The notes under the pieces are model-generated. The model was not told the DNA's origin. It searched no databases and saw nothing but the letters and a program-made list of their open reading frames with translations. 32,308 bases of DNA, taken from the IMG/VR virus record IMGVR_UViG_3300020274_000016, positions 1 to 32,308 of that record. One strand, given 5' to 3'. The stretch's first letter is position 1, and every line of letters starts with the position of its first letter. The position numbers and the translations under genes were made by a program. Of this stretch, positions 20,001-27,030 are shown one piece after another. Source of the DNA: a virus (Duplodnaviria > Caudoviricetes).

Positions 20001-22276
20001 ATTATTTTTACTGTGGGTGTCTCTTCATAGTCAAAACCTTCAGTATCAACGAGTATTTCTTCTAAAGTTCCTTCTACTTGTGCTATCACAGATGCTGCTG
20101 TCCCTGCATGTCCATCCTGTGTGACTGTCAATTTTGGTGGATTTACAACATCATACCCAGAACCTGTGTTTAATACCTCTACACCTTGCAGAGATCCAAA
20201 ATATACAATGTCTGATGATTTGTATGAATATGCTTCTACACCATTCGCAAATAAACCAACACCACCCTGCACTGTCTTATCTTTTACATCACCATATTCA
20301 GGAGCACCAAACTTTCTTATTATATTCTGTGCACCAAGGTCTGTACCAAAAAGTGAATCTGGTGTCAGTGTATGTGATGTTGGTGTCCCTATGTCATTAC
20401 TGATAAAGGCAGTTATAAATTGACCTCTTCTTACGTTCTCTCCTGTAAATGCTAATTTGACAGTATTACTATCGATTCTCTTGACATAGTATGACTCTCC
20501 ATCATTTAGATTGGTAAGTGTGCCTATGCCTGAAGAAGAGTATGCTACAAGATCACCATCATAAAAGTCATGGTCTGGCACATTTATCTCGACGGTGTTT
20601 GTATTGACACCCACATTTGTAAATGATCTAATTCTCTTCTGTGGGTCAATAGTCCAATGAGGTAAACTATTTGATGCAACATGCACAGCAACCCCATCAT
20701 TATATGTGTTTTGTACGTCAGCTGTTCTATCTTTCTGTATTTTTAATTTTCTTCTTAACTTATACTTCTTTGTAGTATCAAGAGTAGGAACACTGACTGA
20801 TATTGAGTCACTTTGATTCTTATCAAATACGAAAGTTATAGTACCATCTAATTTGTTATCTGGATCATTTTGATCTATAACTTCTATTTGATCACCAACA
20901 TACAGAGAGAAGTTTGCTGCTGCGAGTTTGAAGTTGTAACTATTAGTGCTCTTAAGTGTGTATCTCTCGATAGCGTAAGTGGATGATGTGTTGTAAATCC
21001 ACGTGGTATATCTCAAATCATTTTCTATTCTACCCAGCTGTTTTATATTGATCTCAGAATCTTCTTGTTGATTGATTGCGGAACCAACAAATTTATTGAG
21101 CACACCTAGCACATTGAATCTGACTGGTAGTCCTAGATCACCATTCTCGTATGATGTGGCAACAAGACCAGATCTAACAGTAGAACCAATACCACATGGT
21201 GACGTGAGAGTTGATATACCTGTGAATTGTGTAAGTGATTTACCAAGATATGATATTGATCTATCTTCAAACTCTATAAACCCCGTATTACCGAATCCAA
21301 CTGTAGAATCCACATCAATAGTGGTAGATCCAACAGGTGCTGACCTTGTTATGAATGTTTTACCTATCTGTTGAAACTTACCTATGATGGTGCCTTTTGA
21401 CAAAGCAATTTTGTAAAAACTTTTACCACCAAAGACTGCTCTCTCTACCCCTGTGATTGAACCACTTGTTTCTAATGGTGTGGTCTTTTGTATAATACTT
21501 TCACCTGTAATCTTGAGTGGATCACCGTCAATCAACTCACATATTAGCACCTCATCCACTCTGTACTGAGCATCTGATGGACTTATGATATATTTTGATG
21601 GTTGAATCATTTCAACCTTCTCACCGTACAGTGCACCAAATAATATCTTGAACGCCTCCTCAGTTCCTTTTGACTTATAAAAATCTTTCGATTGTCTAAT
21701 GAAGTTTGATTGATTTAGATCTTCATCTAAATTTCTTTCCGCAAATCCTGATAATACTTGTTTCTTTAGTTTCTTTAGAAACTCTTGTAAAAATACATTA
21801 CTTAAGTTGTGAACTCTAGTGTTCACACCGTGAGTTGCTACTCCACTATTGGTAAATGTTAGATATTCTGGTTGATTGGTTCTATTGTTATTTTCTATAC
21901 CACTGAACCCTCTTACACATCCCTCAAATGACGTAGAGCCAATACCTGTATATGTAATAACTTCATTATCAATCTTTAGTAAACCAAATTGATTTGGCCA
22001 TCCATCTGTAGAGTCAACGTATATTGTGTCGTCGTTTGCTCTCGTATATTGACTTACTGATGTAAAACCAATAAGATTTTCTGTGTTTAAAAAATCTAAA
22101 CTTTTGTATTCAACAAGATTTTCAGCGATGTCTATGGCACCACCTTGATATTCTTGAGAAATATAATACTGTTTTAGAAAATCACCTAAAAGAGGATTCT
22201 CCTCGTCAATTACCTCTGGTATTTGACTCTCAATTATTTCATTTATTTTGACTTTTGTTAATGATGTCTGTATCAT
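14006..22276 (-). CDS. gp7: Baseplate wedge initiator gp7-like giant protein, 2756 aa
   Basis: N-terminus IESQIPE..FLKQYYISQEYQG and FIRQSKDFYKSKGTEEAFKILF.ALYGE; late motif QDNDYYQYFAYSLKS..W..V.SLAH.AGFK; position after gp6. Carries repeated HGF..GE..Y modules and a YHYH-like domain. Confidence 0.8.
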   Translation of the reverse strand: MIQTSLTKVKINEIIESQIPEVIDEENPLLGDFLKQYYISQEYQGGAIDIAENLVEYKSLDFLNTENLIGFTSVSQYTRANDDTIYVDSTDGWPNQFGLLKIDNEVITYTGIGSTSFEGCVRGFSGIENNNRTNQPEYLTFTNSGVATHGVNTRVHNLSNVFLQEFLKKLKKQVLSGFAERNLDEDLNQSNFIRQSKDFYKSKGTEEAFKILFGALYGEKVEMIQPSKYIISPSDAQYRVDEVLICELIDGDPLKITGESIIQKTTPLETSGSITGVERAVFGGKSFYKIALSKGTIIGKFQQIGKTFITRSAPVGSTTIDVDSTVGFGNTGFIEFEDRSISYLGKSLTQFTGISTLTSPCGIGSTVRSGLVATSYENGDLGLPVRFNVLGVLNKFVGSAINQQEDSEINIKQLGRIENDLRYTTWIYNTSSTYAIERYTLKSTNSYNFKLAAANFSLYVGDQIEVIDQNDPDNKLDGTITFVFDKNQSDSISVSVPTLDTTKKYKLRRKLKIQKDRTADVQNTYNDGVAVHVASNSLPHWTIDPQKRIRSFTNVGVNTNTVEINVPDHDFYDGDLVAYSSSGIGTLTNLNDGESYYVKRIDSNTVKLAFTGENVRRGQFITAFISNDIGTPTSHTLTPDSLFGTDLGAQNIIRKFGAPEYGDVKDKTVQGGVGLFANGVEAYSYKSSDIVYFGSLQGVEVLNTGSGYDVVNPPKLTVTQDGHAGTAASVIAQVEGTLEEILVDTEGFDYEETPTVKIIGGNNTTAIAKAKMKFVNQTVEFDSTSTGGVVNTATDRFVFSSPHGFKNGEEIIYQTNGSTGIGIGITPGLLVDTAPYFVVKIDDFQIHISVSKTKALSGIGTIDLTTNGGGLQSFKTTSRRQKVDKILTEDVGLFKNREVHTSSGINTFIDTIVIPSHGFNNSEIIKYTSTESAIGGLTNGGEYFIEKIDDDSFRLSDNKELLTFISLNDNGLGTHVFQDPPISVDISGRQGISTINATATPIIRGNITAVHVSQKGSDFGSTVINDNFKPVIEHTVGEKAFLQPFIVNGGVDQIIIKDGGENFFSADIIIDGDGTGCKAKANITNGTITSIDIITKGAGYTQAQTTATAKTPGQGAIFSSEVKKWTINQVERYAKFGDVKDDDGFLETPRDFDLGNPYVNYYVPRNLRNFLGDVGQDHSPILGWAYDGNPIYGPYAIVDGKKKYIESSYRKLASSRVDGPNINIYPAGFFVEDFTYVEGTGDLDEHNGRFAPTPEYPNGVYAYYTTVDAIEVNNPNSPFNNARTPVFPYIVGDTYNSKLQTFNNSYESNQDLNLPSLGLVRNTEPYNISEYEYVAQANKNTLINSKITQTKNGLIDRIDIVTTGKNYNVGDKLVFDNSLTGGFGAIGKVNFVEGPDITNITSSITEIEDIVLVVNANGVTGIHTGPIGVADNSFVEIIGISTSTHSNLAVRNAKIDLKEVSTGLGVSMASVNNTGLTTSVLISDWIPDVIKGYKFKINDILQIDSEQLKIINFDIKNNRLELLRAQNGTAGAAHTFGSTITRLENEFTYQLSKPVNLTTNEDVAYYFNAESVVGTGNTFGVGIGTTVTVAGRGGHQIVSFFGNETKDIFIPTRTIYIPNHPFRNGEKVEYSPGAGTSLTYQTDAMKRVAGAFKRPLPPEVFVQVLDNNLIGIVTSQTDLGSDANRVMFSGNVAIGNTHFFKTKKDIVTGTLRIIGVTATSNGHTFERGDNLNLTVVSSATSSVSAVYDSGSRYVSIGSSINPPISLITGDTLEIDTSDISLENTKLSFFLDQDYKKPFVGTGKSAIEVINTGIPGNAGSKTSINFTDRVPDVLYYKFLPLQNTKVIEVNKEIRDYSKIFVNQSKFTGNHTILSKDANTFSWNLFTVPEKVGYTSESQISYITNSPSVRGGVARVLLQGGGSNYKDIPQVSIASTTGSSANLKAFGRDIGRLDEVQLVDTGYDYPSDLTLQPQAAVPQVLFLKDNFAVDSVAITSTGRNYLTPPDFVVYNSKTDSINQNAEFEAEIKGGSVSNVKVIFAGGNLSSGDVELFAVNNSNGVGIISCTYNEPNVTLRLQTPLTGFTTAVPIPFAVGDKVFVENTGVSTGNGFNSADYGYKSFTLTGVNTAFGNVNQATLTYEVDRDPGVHDLGKYGVVVKDKDLAKFKVNLIESTFLNGEPVVSSSGQESRVIIGKGKTRNTLRIDSLVGFNVGDVITGKFSKAGGTIDSSQAYEGYFTLDTSSEKAFGWERDTGKLNDFYQRVQDNDYYQYFAYSLKSFVGINSWSEPVDSLAHIAGFKKHSDHLINSVPTTSSQPAGISSGAGNVVVIDAQASLLDTHNFDLVSENTNLDENISDEVQFLSGRFGDGLICKTNRVLELDDISPQFYSDPNLVRSVELDTFDMLTGGPAGDGISAVKYYAQVTLDVSAGISFNATQYSEFVVFHDGTNAYLNTYSELSDSDDLGEFSAETNGPLASVLYIPNNSALEYDITFHKEIITNGVGVASTAFGLVEYKGVTKSLAVSNTLQDVDEVDATMYKSGSILVSARGPSGEKEIDEFLWLIDGSNNVIFTNTGKMDADTDIGTFSLDNTSDVLKLQHTPPVGMAVTVSSLVRAVGVAQTHANSGIVDEYHIGDTMLDSTFIQLPANGSPSDQIISEKSYANYTTCRFHVEIHNTTDDEYSVFIVGSNSFGGNATFNTYNNLFTSDSEKRNMSNTSIHITSTNTQLKFLPVANKAYTIRTHELKIDKPDSVSSNTTVTY

Positions 22277-24438
22277 TAGTATCCGTATCCACTACTACTG
22301 CTTGAGGATGATGATGAAGATGACGAAGGTGGTGGTGTTGATGTCATTGTTGTTGACGAACTATCTATGGCAGCACTGTCAGCAGCAATTCCCAAACTCT
22401 CTGCCTTGGTAGCGTATATCGTATCATGAGGAGTAGAAACATGGATAGCACCAACCATTTTCTTACCAGTGGTGGGATGGAAGTGGAAAGGTCCATAATA
22501 TGGATTACCGTTCACATACCCAACTAGATTTGAGGAACTTGCGGTGCTAGTAATGATAGCACCTCTGACTTTAGCACCATTACTGTAACTGGATTGTGGA
22601 TTATACCTTGTACCAGATGTATTTGCACCCGTAGATATTGGATCTTCTCTCATAAAGAAGTTGCTATTAGATACGTCAAACTGTAGATATAATTCTTTCC
22701 TTGCTAGTATGTCATTTGATTGTGGTATCGCCTGTATCTCAATAATATTATCTGATAATACTGTACCTGTGACATTTACTGTGTCAATTATGACTTCACC
22801 CTTTTTATAATCAACAGATCCGAATGTTGAAGATAATATTTTGACATTAGTGTCGGAGTCAAGTTGAAATAAGAAAAGATTGCCTGTATCACCAGATACA
22901 TGCTGATCAGAGAAGTATACTGTACCAGACACACCAGATACATTGAATCCAGTGGACTTGATATTATAAGATGACTCATTTCTATGGAAGGTATTGTCAA
23001 AACATATCTCATATTGACTAAACACATTCAATTGTGCTACTAAATTTCTTCTTATTCTAACAGTTGTAATGTTTGATGTAATAGAATCGCTTACTCTGTC
23101 GATAAGTGATAATACCTTACTATACTTAAATCTACCACCAAATTTATTCAATTCAGTGCCACTCGCAAATAAACTCATGGCATTTATAACATCAGTTCTT
23201 AGATTTTGAGTATCACCAACAAAGTTTGAATTATAATACACATAAGAATCAAGTTCTACATATAAAAATTTCAAATCAATAATCTCTGGTACTATACCTG
23301 CTACAGAATAGTTCTTCAAAGATGATAATATTTGTCTTTTAGTAAATTCTGATAGGAAAGATCCGTTTTTAGGTTTAGCAGCGATATACACTCGACCATA
23401 CTTAGGAGGTGTCAACTCCTCTCCACCAAAGGCACTTATTGACTCTATGTTAGGATATACAGATGGCACTATCGCTTCATAATCATTTGCTGTGACTGCC
23501 CTGTGCTGTGATGAATATAATCTAGGTGCATAGTATCTGACACTTCTGACATCTTCTATATCATCACCATTTTGCGAGGGAAATTGAGGTGTTATAGAAG
23601 CAGCTACATCTGTTTCTGTGGCAAGATTTTCATTTGTTATTGTGCCTGAAAATAGTAAATTTGAAACACCATTTCCTTCCTTACCTTCTGTCTTAATGTA
23701 AGATATATCTATGATGTTGCCATTATTCAACTTTTGCCCAAATATTCCATCACCAAATAATACCTCATACTTCTCATCTGTAGTTTCTTGAATAAGGTAA
23801 ATGTTTGATGTGGATGTTACACCTATGATATTATCCACTAATTTATATTCAGTTTCTGTAGTGCTTGAGTTATTCTCCCTTACTTTGATTCTGATAGTCG
23901 AAGTGTCTATACCATTATTAGGTAAAATATACCTCTGATTTGGTAGAGAATCATTTACAACAAATCTAGATTCAAGATATTGTCCTTGAAATACTTCCAA
24001 GGTGCCTGCAGATTCACCTCCCGAAGCAGTTCCAGTTACCTTCTCAGGTATGGAGAATAAAAAATTAACATTTGACACAACACCATTACCTATCAAACCT
24101 GGTTGAAATGTGATGGTGTTTGTGCTTGATGTGATACCAGTAACATTATAATCAACTATCATTCTCGCTGCTCTTTTTGAGCGAGGAACGTAACCTATAT
24201 TTCTTGCTAATGATACAACATTTTCTCTTAGCGTAGCACTGTCTATAAATGTCTCGTTTACAACTGCGTTAGTATTATATGCTGTGGTGTATGAATTATA
24301 TGCTAGTAAATTTACAATGACAGAGAGGTTTGACCCCTCAAAATCCATGTCACTGAAGTTTGAGTTTTGTCTTAGGTAATCTTTTATTGAGGTTTTGATG
24401 TCCTCAAAGTTTAGATTGGTGAATTGTTGCAGTGCCAT
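22276..24438 (-). CDS. gp6: Baseplate wedge subunit gp6 (720 aa) with a C-terminal extension
   Basis: LNFEDIK..DFEGSNLS..LLAYN..NETFIDSATLRENVVSLARNIGYVPRS..FGDGIFG..APRLYSSQHRAVTANDY..GGEE..P.YGRV, the classic T4-like gp6 signature. Confidence 0.95.
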   Translation of the reverse strand: MALQQFTNLNFEDIKTSIKDYLRQNSNFSDMDFEGSNLSVIVNLLAYNSYTTAYNTNAVVNETFIDSATLRENVVSLARNIGYVPRSKRAARMIVDYNVTGITSSTNTITFQPGLIGNGVVSNVNFLFSIPEKVTGTASGGESAGTLEVFQGQYLESRFVVNDSLPNQRYILPNNGIDTSTIRIKVRENNSSTTETEYKLVDNIIGVTSTSNIYLIQETTDEKYEVLFGDGIFGQKLNNGNIIDISYIKTEGKEGNGVSNLLFSGTITNENLATETDVAASITPQFPSQNGDDIEDVRSVRYYAPRLYSSQHRAVTANDYEAIVPSVYPNIESISAFGGEELTPPKYGRVYIAAKPKNGSFLSEFTKRQILSSLKNYSVAGIVPEIIDLKFLYVELDSYVYYNSNFVGDTQNLRTDVINAMSLFASGTELNKFGGRFKYSKVLSLIDRVSDSITSNITTVRIRRNLVAQLNVFSQYEICFDNTFHRNESSYNIKSTGFNVSGVSGTVYFSDQHVSGDTGNLFLFQLDSDTNVKILSSTFGSVDYKKGEVIIDTVNVTGTVLSDNIIEIQAIPQSNDILARKELYLQFDVSNSNFFMREDPISTGANTSGTRYNPQSSYSNGAKVRGAIITSTASSSNLVGYVNGNPYYGPFHFHPTTGKKMVGAIHVSTPHDTIYATKAESLGIAADSAAIDSSSTTMTSTPPPSSSSSSSSSSSSGYGY
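22291..22326 (-). repeat. Poly-serine tract (12 Ser) at the gp6 C-terminus
   Basis: Codons TCG TCA TCT TCA TCA TCA TCC TCA AGC AGT AGT AGT, followed by GYGY-stop. Confidence 0.9.
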
Positions 24439-24842
24439 TATAACCTTGTTGGTTCTAGTATAAAGTTGACAGATTGTGTAGGAGCAGAGAGTCCAATAAT
24501 GTCATAATTTATGATTACTTCTATAGCATTTTGATCAGGGAAAGACTTGAAATCTACATCTGTCAATCTCACTCTTGGTTCAAAATTTTTGATAACAGTC
24601 TCTATCTCTGTTTTCATGGGATCGATATAATCACTATTTGCCAACTCAAAAAGCGATCCACTGAGTCTTGTGCCAATGAGTTCATTAAAGAACACCTCAC
24701 CTCGTATAATACGAACTAAATTTTGCACAGAACGTTTGATAGCATCCTCATTTTTTAATGTGAGGATATCTCGTGTTACTGGATGTTTTTTAAAGGACAA
24801 AGAAATATCTTTGAAACCTTGCGAAAACTTCTGTGCTGGCAC
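24438..24842 (-). CDS. gp25: Baseplate wedge subunit gp25 (GPW/gp25 family, 134 aa)
   Basis: FKDISLSF..HPVT.D..LKNEDAIKRSVQNLV....GE.FF....G..LFE..I.NFEPRV. GTG start; TAATG coupling to gp6. Confidence 0.93.
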   Translation of the reverse strand: MPAQKFSQGFKDISLSFKKHPVTRDILTLKNEDAIKRSVQNLVRIIRGEVFFNELIGTRLSGSLFELANSDYIDPMKTEIETVIKNFEPRVRLTDVDFKSFPDQNAIEVIINYDIIGLSAPTQSVNFILEPTRL

Positions 24843-24862
24843 TCGTTTTTATAGTCTGGGTA

Positions 24863-24879
24863 TATTTATCATTATTTAG
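24863..24879 (-). promoter_or_regulatory. Two tandem T4-type late promoters (CTAAATA and ATAAATA)
   Basis: Minus strand reads CTAAATA-atg-ATAAATA, starting 4 nt after the terminator T-run and ending 20 nt before the gp25 start. Confidence 0.75.
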
Positions 24880-24883
24880 AGAC

Positions 24884-24908
24884 AAAAAAAGACCCTCTAC
24901 TGAGGGTC
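24884..24908 (-). terminator. Rho-independent terminator
   Basis: Minus strand GACCCTC-AGTA-GAGGGTC-TTTTTTT: perfect 7-bp stem, 4-nt loop, T7 run. Overlaps the TAG stop of the 24897-25085 gene. Confidence 0.9.
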
Positions 24909-25085
24909 GTCTTCATGTCCTAGGTATCTCACCTCTATTTCATCAGGATGAGGAAACCCTTCTCTGTAATAATCTTCTGCCAATTCTTGTATTTTATCCT
25001 CCATTTCTTCCTCCGTAATTGACTCAAACTCTAAAGATCCCTTGATGTATATGTCATATAATTCCATGTCAGTTATGTTTATCAT
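24897..25085 (-). CDS. Small acidic hypothetical protein (62 aa; alternative start 25067)
   Basis: YDIYIKG....SITEEE..D.IQELAEDYY..G.P.PDEIE; fills the gap between the GT-like gene and the terminator. Recalled as commonly upstream of gp25 in cyanomyoviruses. Confidence 0.75.
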   Translation of the reverse strand: MINITDMELYDIYIKGSLEFESITEEEMEDKIQELAEDYYREGFPHPDEIEVRYLGHEDDPQ

Positions 25086-25094
25086 ACGACTTAT

Positions 25095-25850
25095 CTATAT
25101 GATTCTAGTTTTCTCATGACCAACACGACACTGAGGGTCTATCCATATTTCAAACCCTGCTTTAATTGCATCAAGACAGAATGATACATCCTCTCCACAC
25201 ATATCTTGTACCTCACCAGAATCAAACACCTGCATTTGTGGTGCAAACCATGGATACTTCATCTCTGGATGTTCAAATACACCTTTCTTGATAAGTAACC
25301 AACCAAACCCAGAATAATCCACAGTAAATGGTTTACGACGTTTTACTATACCCTCAACCATCTCATGATTCATGACTCCACCATTTTCTTTGAAATCATC
25401 TTCCTCTAACCAATGAGCACATGATGTTGTTCTACCATCTTCAGTTGCATACCAACCACCTGCTATATCTTTTTGCATAGCAAGCACACGATAAAAGGTT
25501 TCGTTTGTAAATACTATGTCACTATCAATCCATAGTTGATAATCATATTCTAATTTACCATCCCAAGGTAATTGATCAGGTCCTCGTAAAACATTTGCAC
25601 CAAGACACTTGCATCTTGCAAAGTTTACCATAGAACTATAATCTTGTGCTATCTGTATATTTGCTCCGTTCTGCACCAACTCAAAACAGAGTGATACGAA
25701 ATTCTTTAGGAAGATGTATGATACGCCTCTACCAGGTAAGCAAAATACAATACTCTTACCTTGTAGAAGTTGCTTTGCTGCTTCAATATCAAAAGCGTCT
25801 TTTGCGTCAACAGTTGGTGGTTTAGACACCACCTTAAATCCTTTAGCCAT
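25095..25850 (-). CDS. GT-A fold / glycosyltransferase family 2-like protein (251 aa)
   Basis: YDYQLWIDSDIVF (DxD), VNFARCK, VDYSGFGWLLIKKGVFE, GEDVSFC, GFEIWIDP..RVGHEK, the GT2-like nucleotide-sugar transferase motif set. Confidence 0.75.
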   Translation of the reverse strand: MAKGFKVVSKPPTVDAKDAFDIEAAKQLLQGKSIVFCLPGRGVSYIFLKNFVSLCFELVQNGANIQIAQDYSSMVNFARCKCLGANVLRGPDQLPWDGKLEYDYQLWIDSDIVFTNETFYRVLAMQKDIAGGWYATEDGRTTSCAHWLEEDDFKENGGVMNHEMVEGIVKRRKPFTVDYSGFGWLLIKKGVFEHPEMKYPWFAPQMQVFDSGEVQDMCGEDVSFCLDAIKAGFEIWIDPQCRVGHEKTRII

Positions 25851-25871
25851 AATTAGAGTTCAGTCATATTC

Positions 25872-25900
25872 ATTATAACACTTTATATAGCGTCTATCAA
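25872..25900 (-). promoter_or_regulatory. Host sigma70-type (early/middle) promoter for the GT2-like gene
   Basis: Minus strand TTGATA-gacgctatataaagtgt (17 nt)-TATAAT: 5/6 -35 match, perfect -10 with extended TGn. The -10 ends 21 nt upstream of ATG 25850. Confidence 0.75.
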
Positions 25901-26527
25901 CTCAATGATTTTATTTGCTATCGCTTTGTGTCCTTTCGCACTTGGATGACCACCATTAAATCCATTTGCATAATGATAGGGGCATTGTTTCAATCCCTTG
26001 AGTATGTCCATTTGCATGAAGGTGGGTTTATAATCCTTACATAAACTTCTCCAATATCCTATTTTATTCTCGTAAAATCTTTCTGGAAATCTTTGCGTAT
26101 TTTCGTAATGCTCTGCTATGACTGACACATATTTTTGACCTATGCTTTTACAAAAAGAATCAAATAGAAATATATTTTTCCATAAGTTTTCTGCTCCTAA
26201 TACCTCATTGTATATTCTTGTGTAATAATCTCTTTGTCTAACAGACTTCAATCTTTGAGGTGTCCACTTCTCTGGTAAAACATTTGCGTCAAAAAATTCT
26301 ATTCGTTGTGTGACAGTGAATTGTAAAACTACTAAATCTGGTCTTGTGCCTTGTAAGTATTCAATTGTTCTTCTTACTATCGCATCATTACTGATACCAC
26401 ATTCTGACATGTTGTGTCCTTTAGTATTGTAATGATCTGCAACGAGTTTGCTGTATCTTTCATCCAACCTATTAACTAATTCATCACCCCATGTAATACT
26501 ACACCCACTAAAAGTAATTAATTTCAT
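25883..26527 (-). CDS. SGNH/GDSL-fold hydrolase or acyltransferase-like protein (214 aa)
   Basis: Block I FSGCSITWG (GDS replaced by GCS), block II NMSECGISND, PDLVVLQFT, block V GGHPSAKGHKAIANKI. ATGA overlap with the upstream gene. Confidence 0.75.
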   Translation of the reverse strand: MKLITFSGCSITWGDELVNRLDERYSKLVADHYNTKGHNMSECGISNDAIVRRTIEYLQGTRPDLVVLQFTVTQRIEFFDANVLPEKWTPQRLKSVRQRDYYTRIYNEVLGAENLWKNIFLFDSFCKSIGQKYVSVIAEHYENTQRFPERFYENKIGYWRSLCKDYKPTFMQMDILKGLKQCPYHYANGFNGGHPSAKGHKAIANKIIELIDAI

Positions 26528-27030
26528 AATTTAGTTTTTTCTATAACATAGTCTACTATATTATGCGAGATAATATTAGTGTCTCGCACATACTTTGCGT
26601 ATTGCTGTATTCTTTTGAAAAGTCTAAGTGATGTTTTTGTATTGAGTCTTGATGCCCTTACAATTTTAGTTATAATACTTCTATCAAAAACATAATCTTC
26701 TTTTCCTAAGTATGTGAGTAGAATTGTTTCTAAGTCTTGCTCACTAGGTTTGACTTCGTGACAAACAAATTTGGATTTCAAATCACTACAAAGAAGGTTT
26801 AGGTCTTTGACTGCACCTATCACAATACCATGACCCATAAGTGTCAAAATACTTTCTTGATGTCTGTGTATCTCATCAATGAAAATGTAACCATAAGTAT
26901 CTCTCAATAATTCTCCTAGAGTAGATTTACCCACACCCATTTCACCGTAAAGTAAAGTATGAGATTTCACATCTGGAATCTGTCCAATATATTCTTCAAG
27001 ACTCTGTGGTCTAGAAAACTGTAATTTCAT
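26524..27030 (-). CDS. Miniaturised RuvB-like AAA+/P-loop protein (168 aa from likely start 27030; ORF track start 27054)
   Basis: RPQSLEEYIGQ, HTLLYGEMGVGKSTL, IFIDEIHR, IVIGA, LKSKF and SRLNTKTSLRLFKRIQQYA align in order to RuvB RPxxLEEYVGQ, HxLxxGPPGLGKTTL, LFIDEIHR, LIGATT, LRDRF and ARGTPRIANRLLRRVRDFA. No C-terminal winged helix. Confidence 0.75.
   Translation of the reverse strand: MKLQFSRPQSLEEYIGQIPDVKSHTLLYGEMGVGKSTLGELLRDTYGYIFIDEIHRHQESILTLMGHGIVIGAVKDLNLLCSDLKSKFVCHEVKPSEQDLETILLTYLGKEDYVFDRSIITKIVRASRLNTKTSLRLFKRIQQYAKYVRDTNIISHNIVDYVIEKTKL

Noticed and set aside
22788-23027. Alternative-frame minus-strand ORF inside gp6 (likewise 27172-27360 and 27364-27585 inside the carbamoyltransferase)
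   Set aside because: Short, nested in conserved genes, with no motif or coupling evidence.
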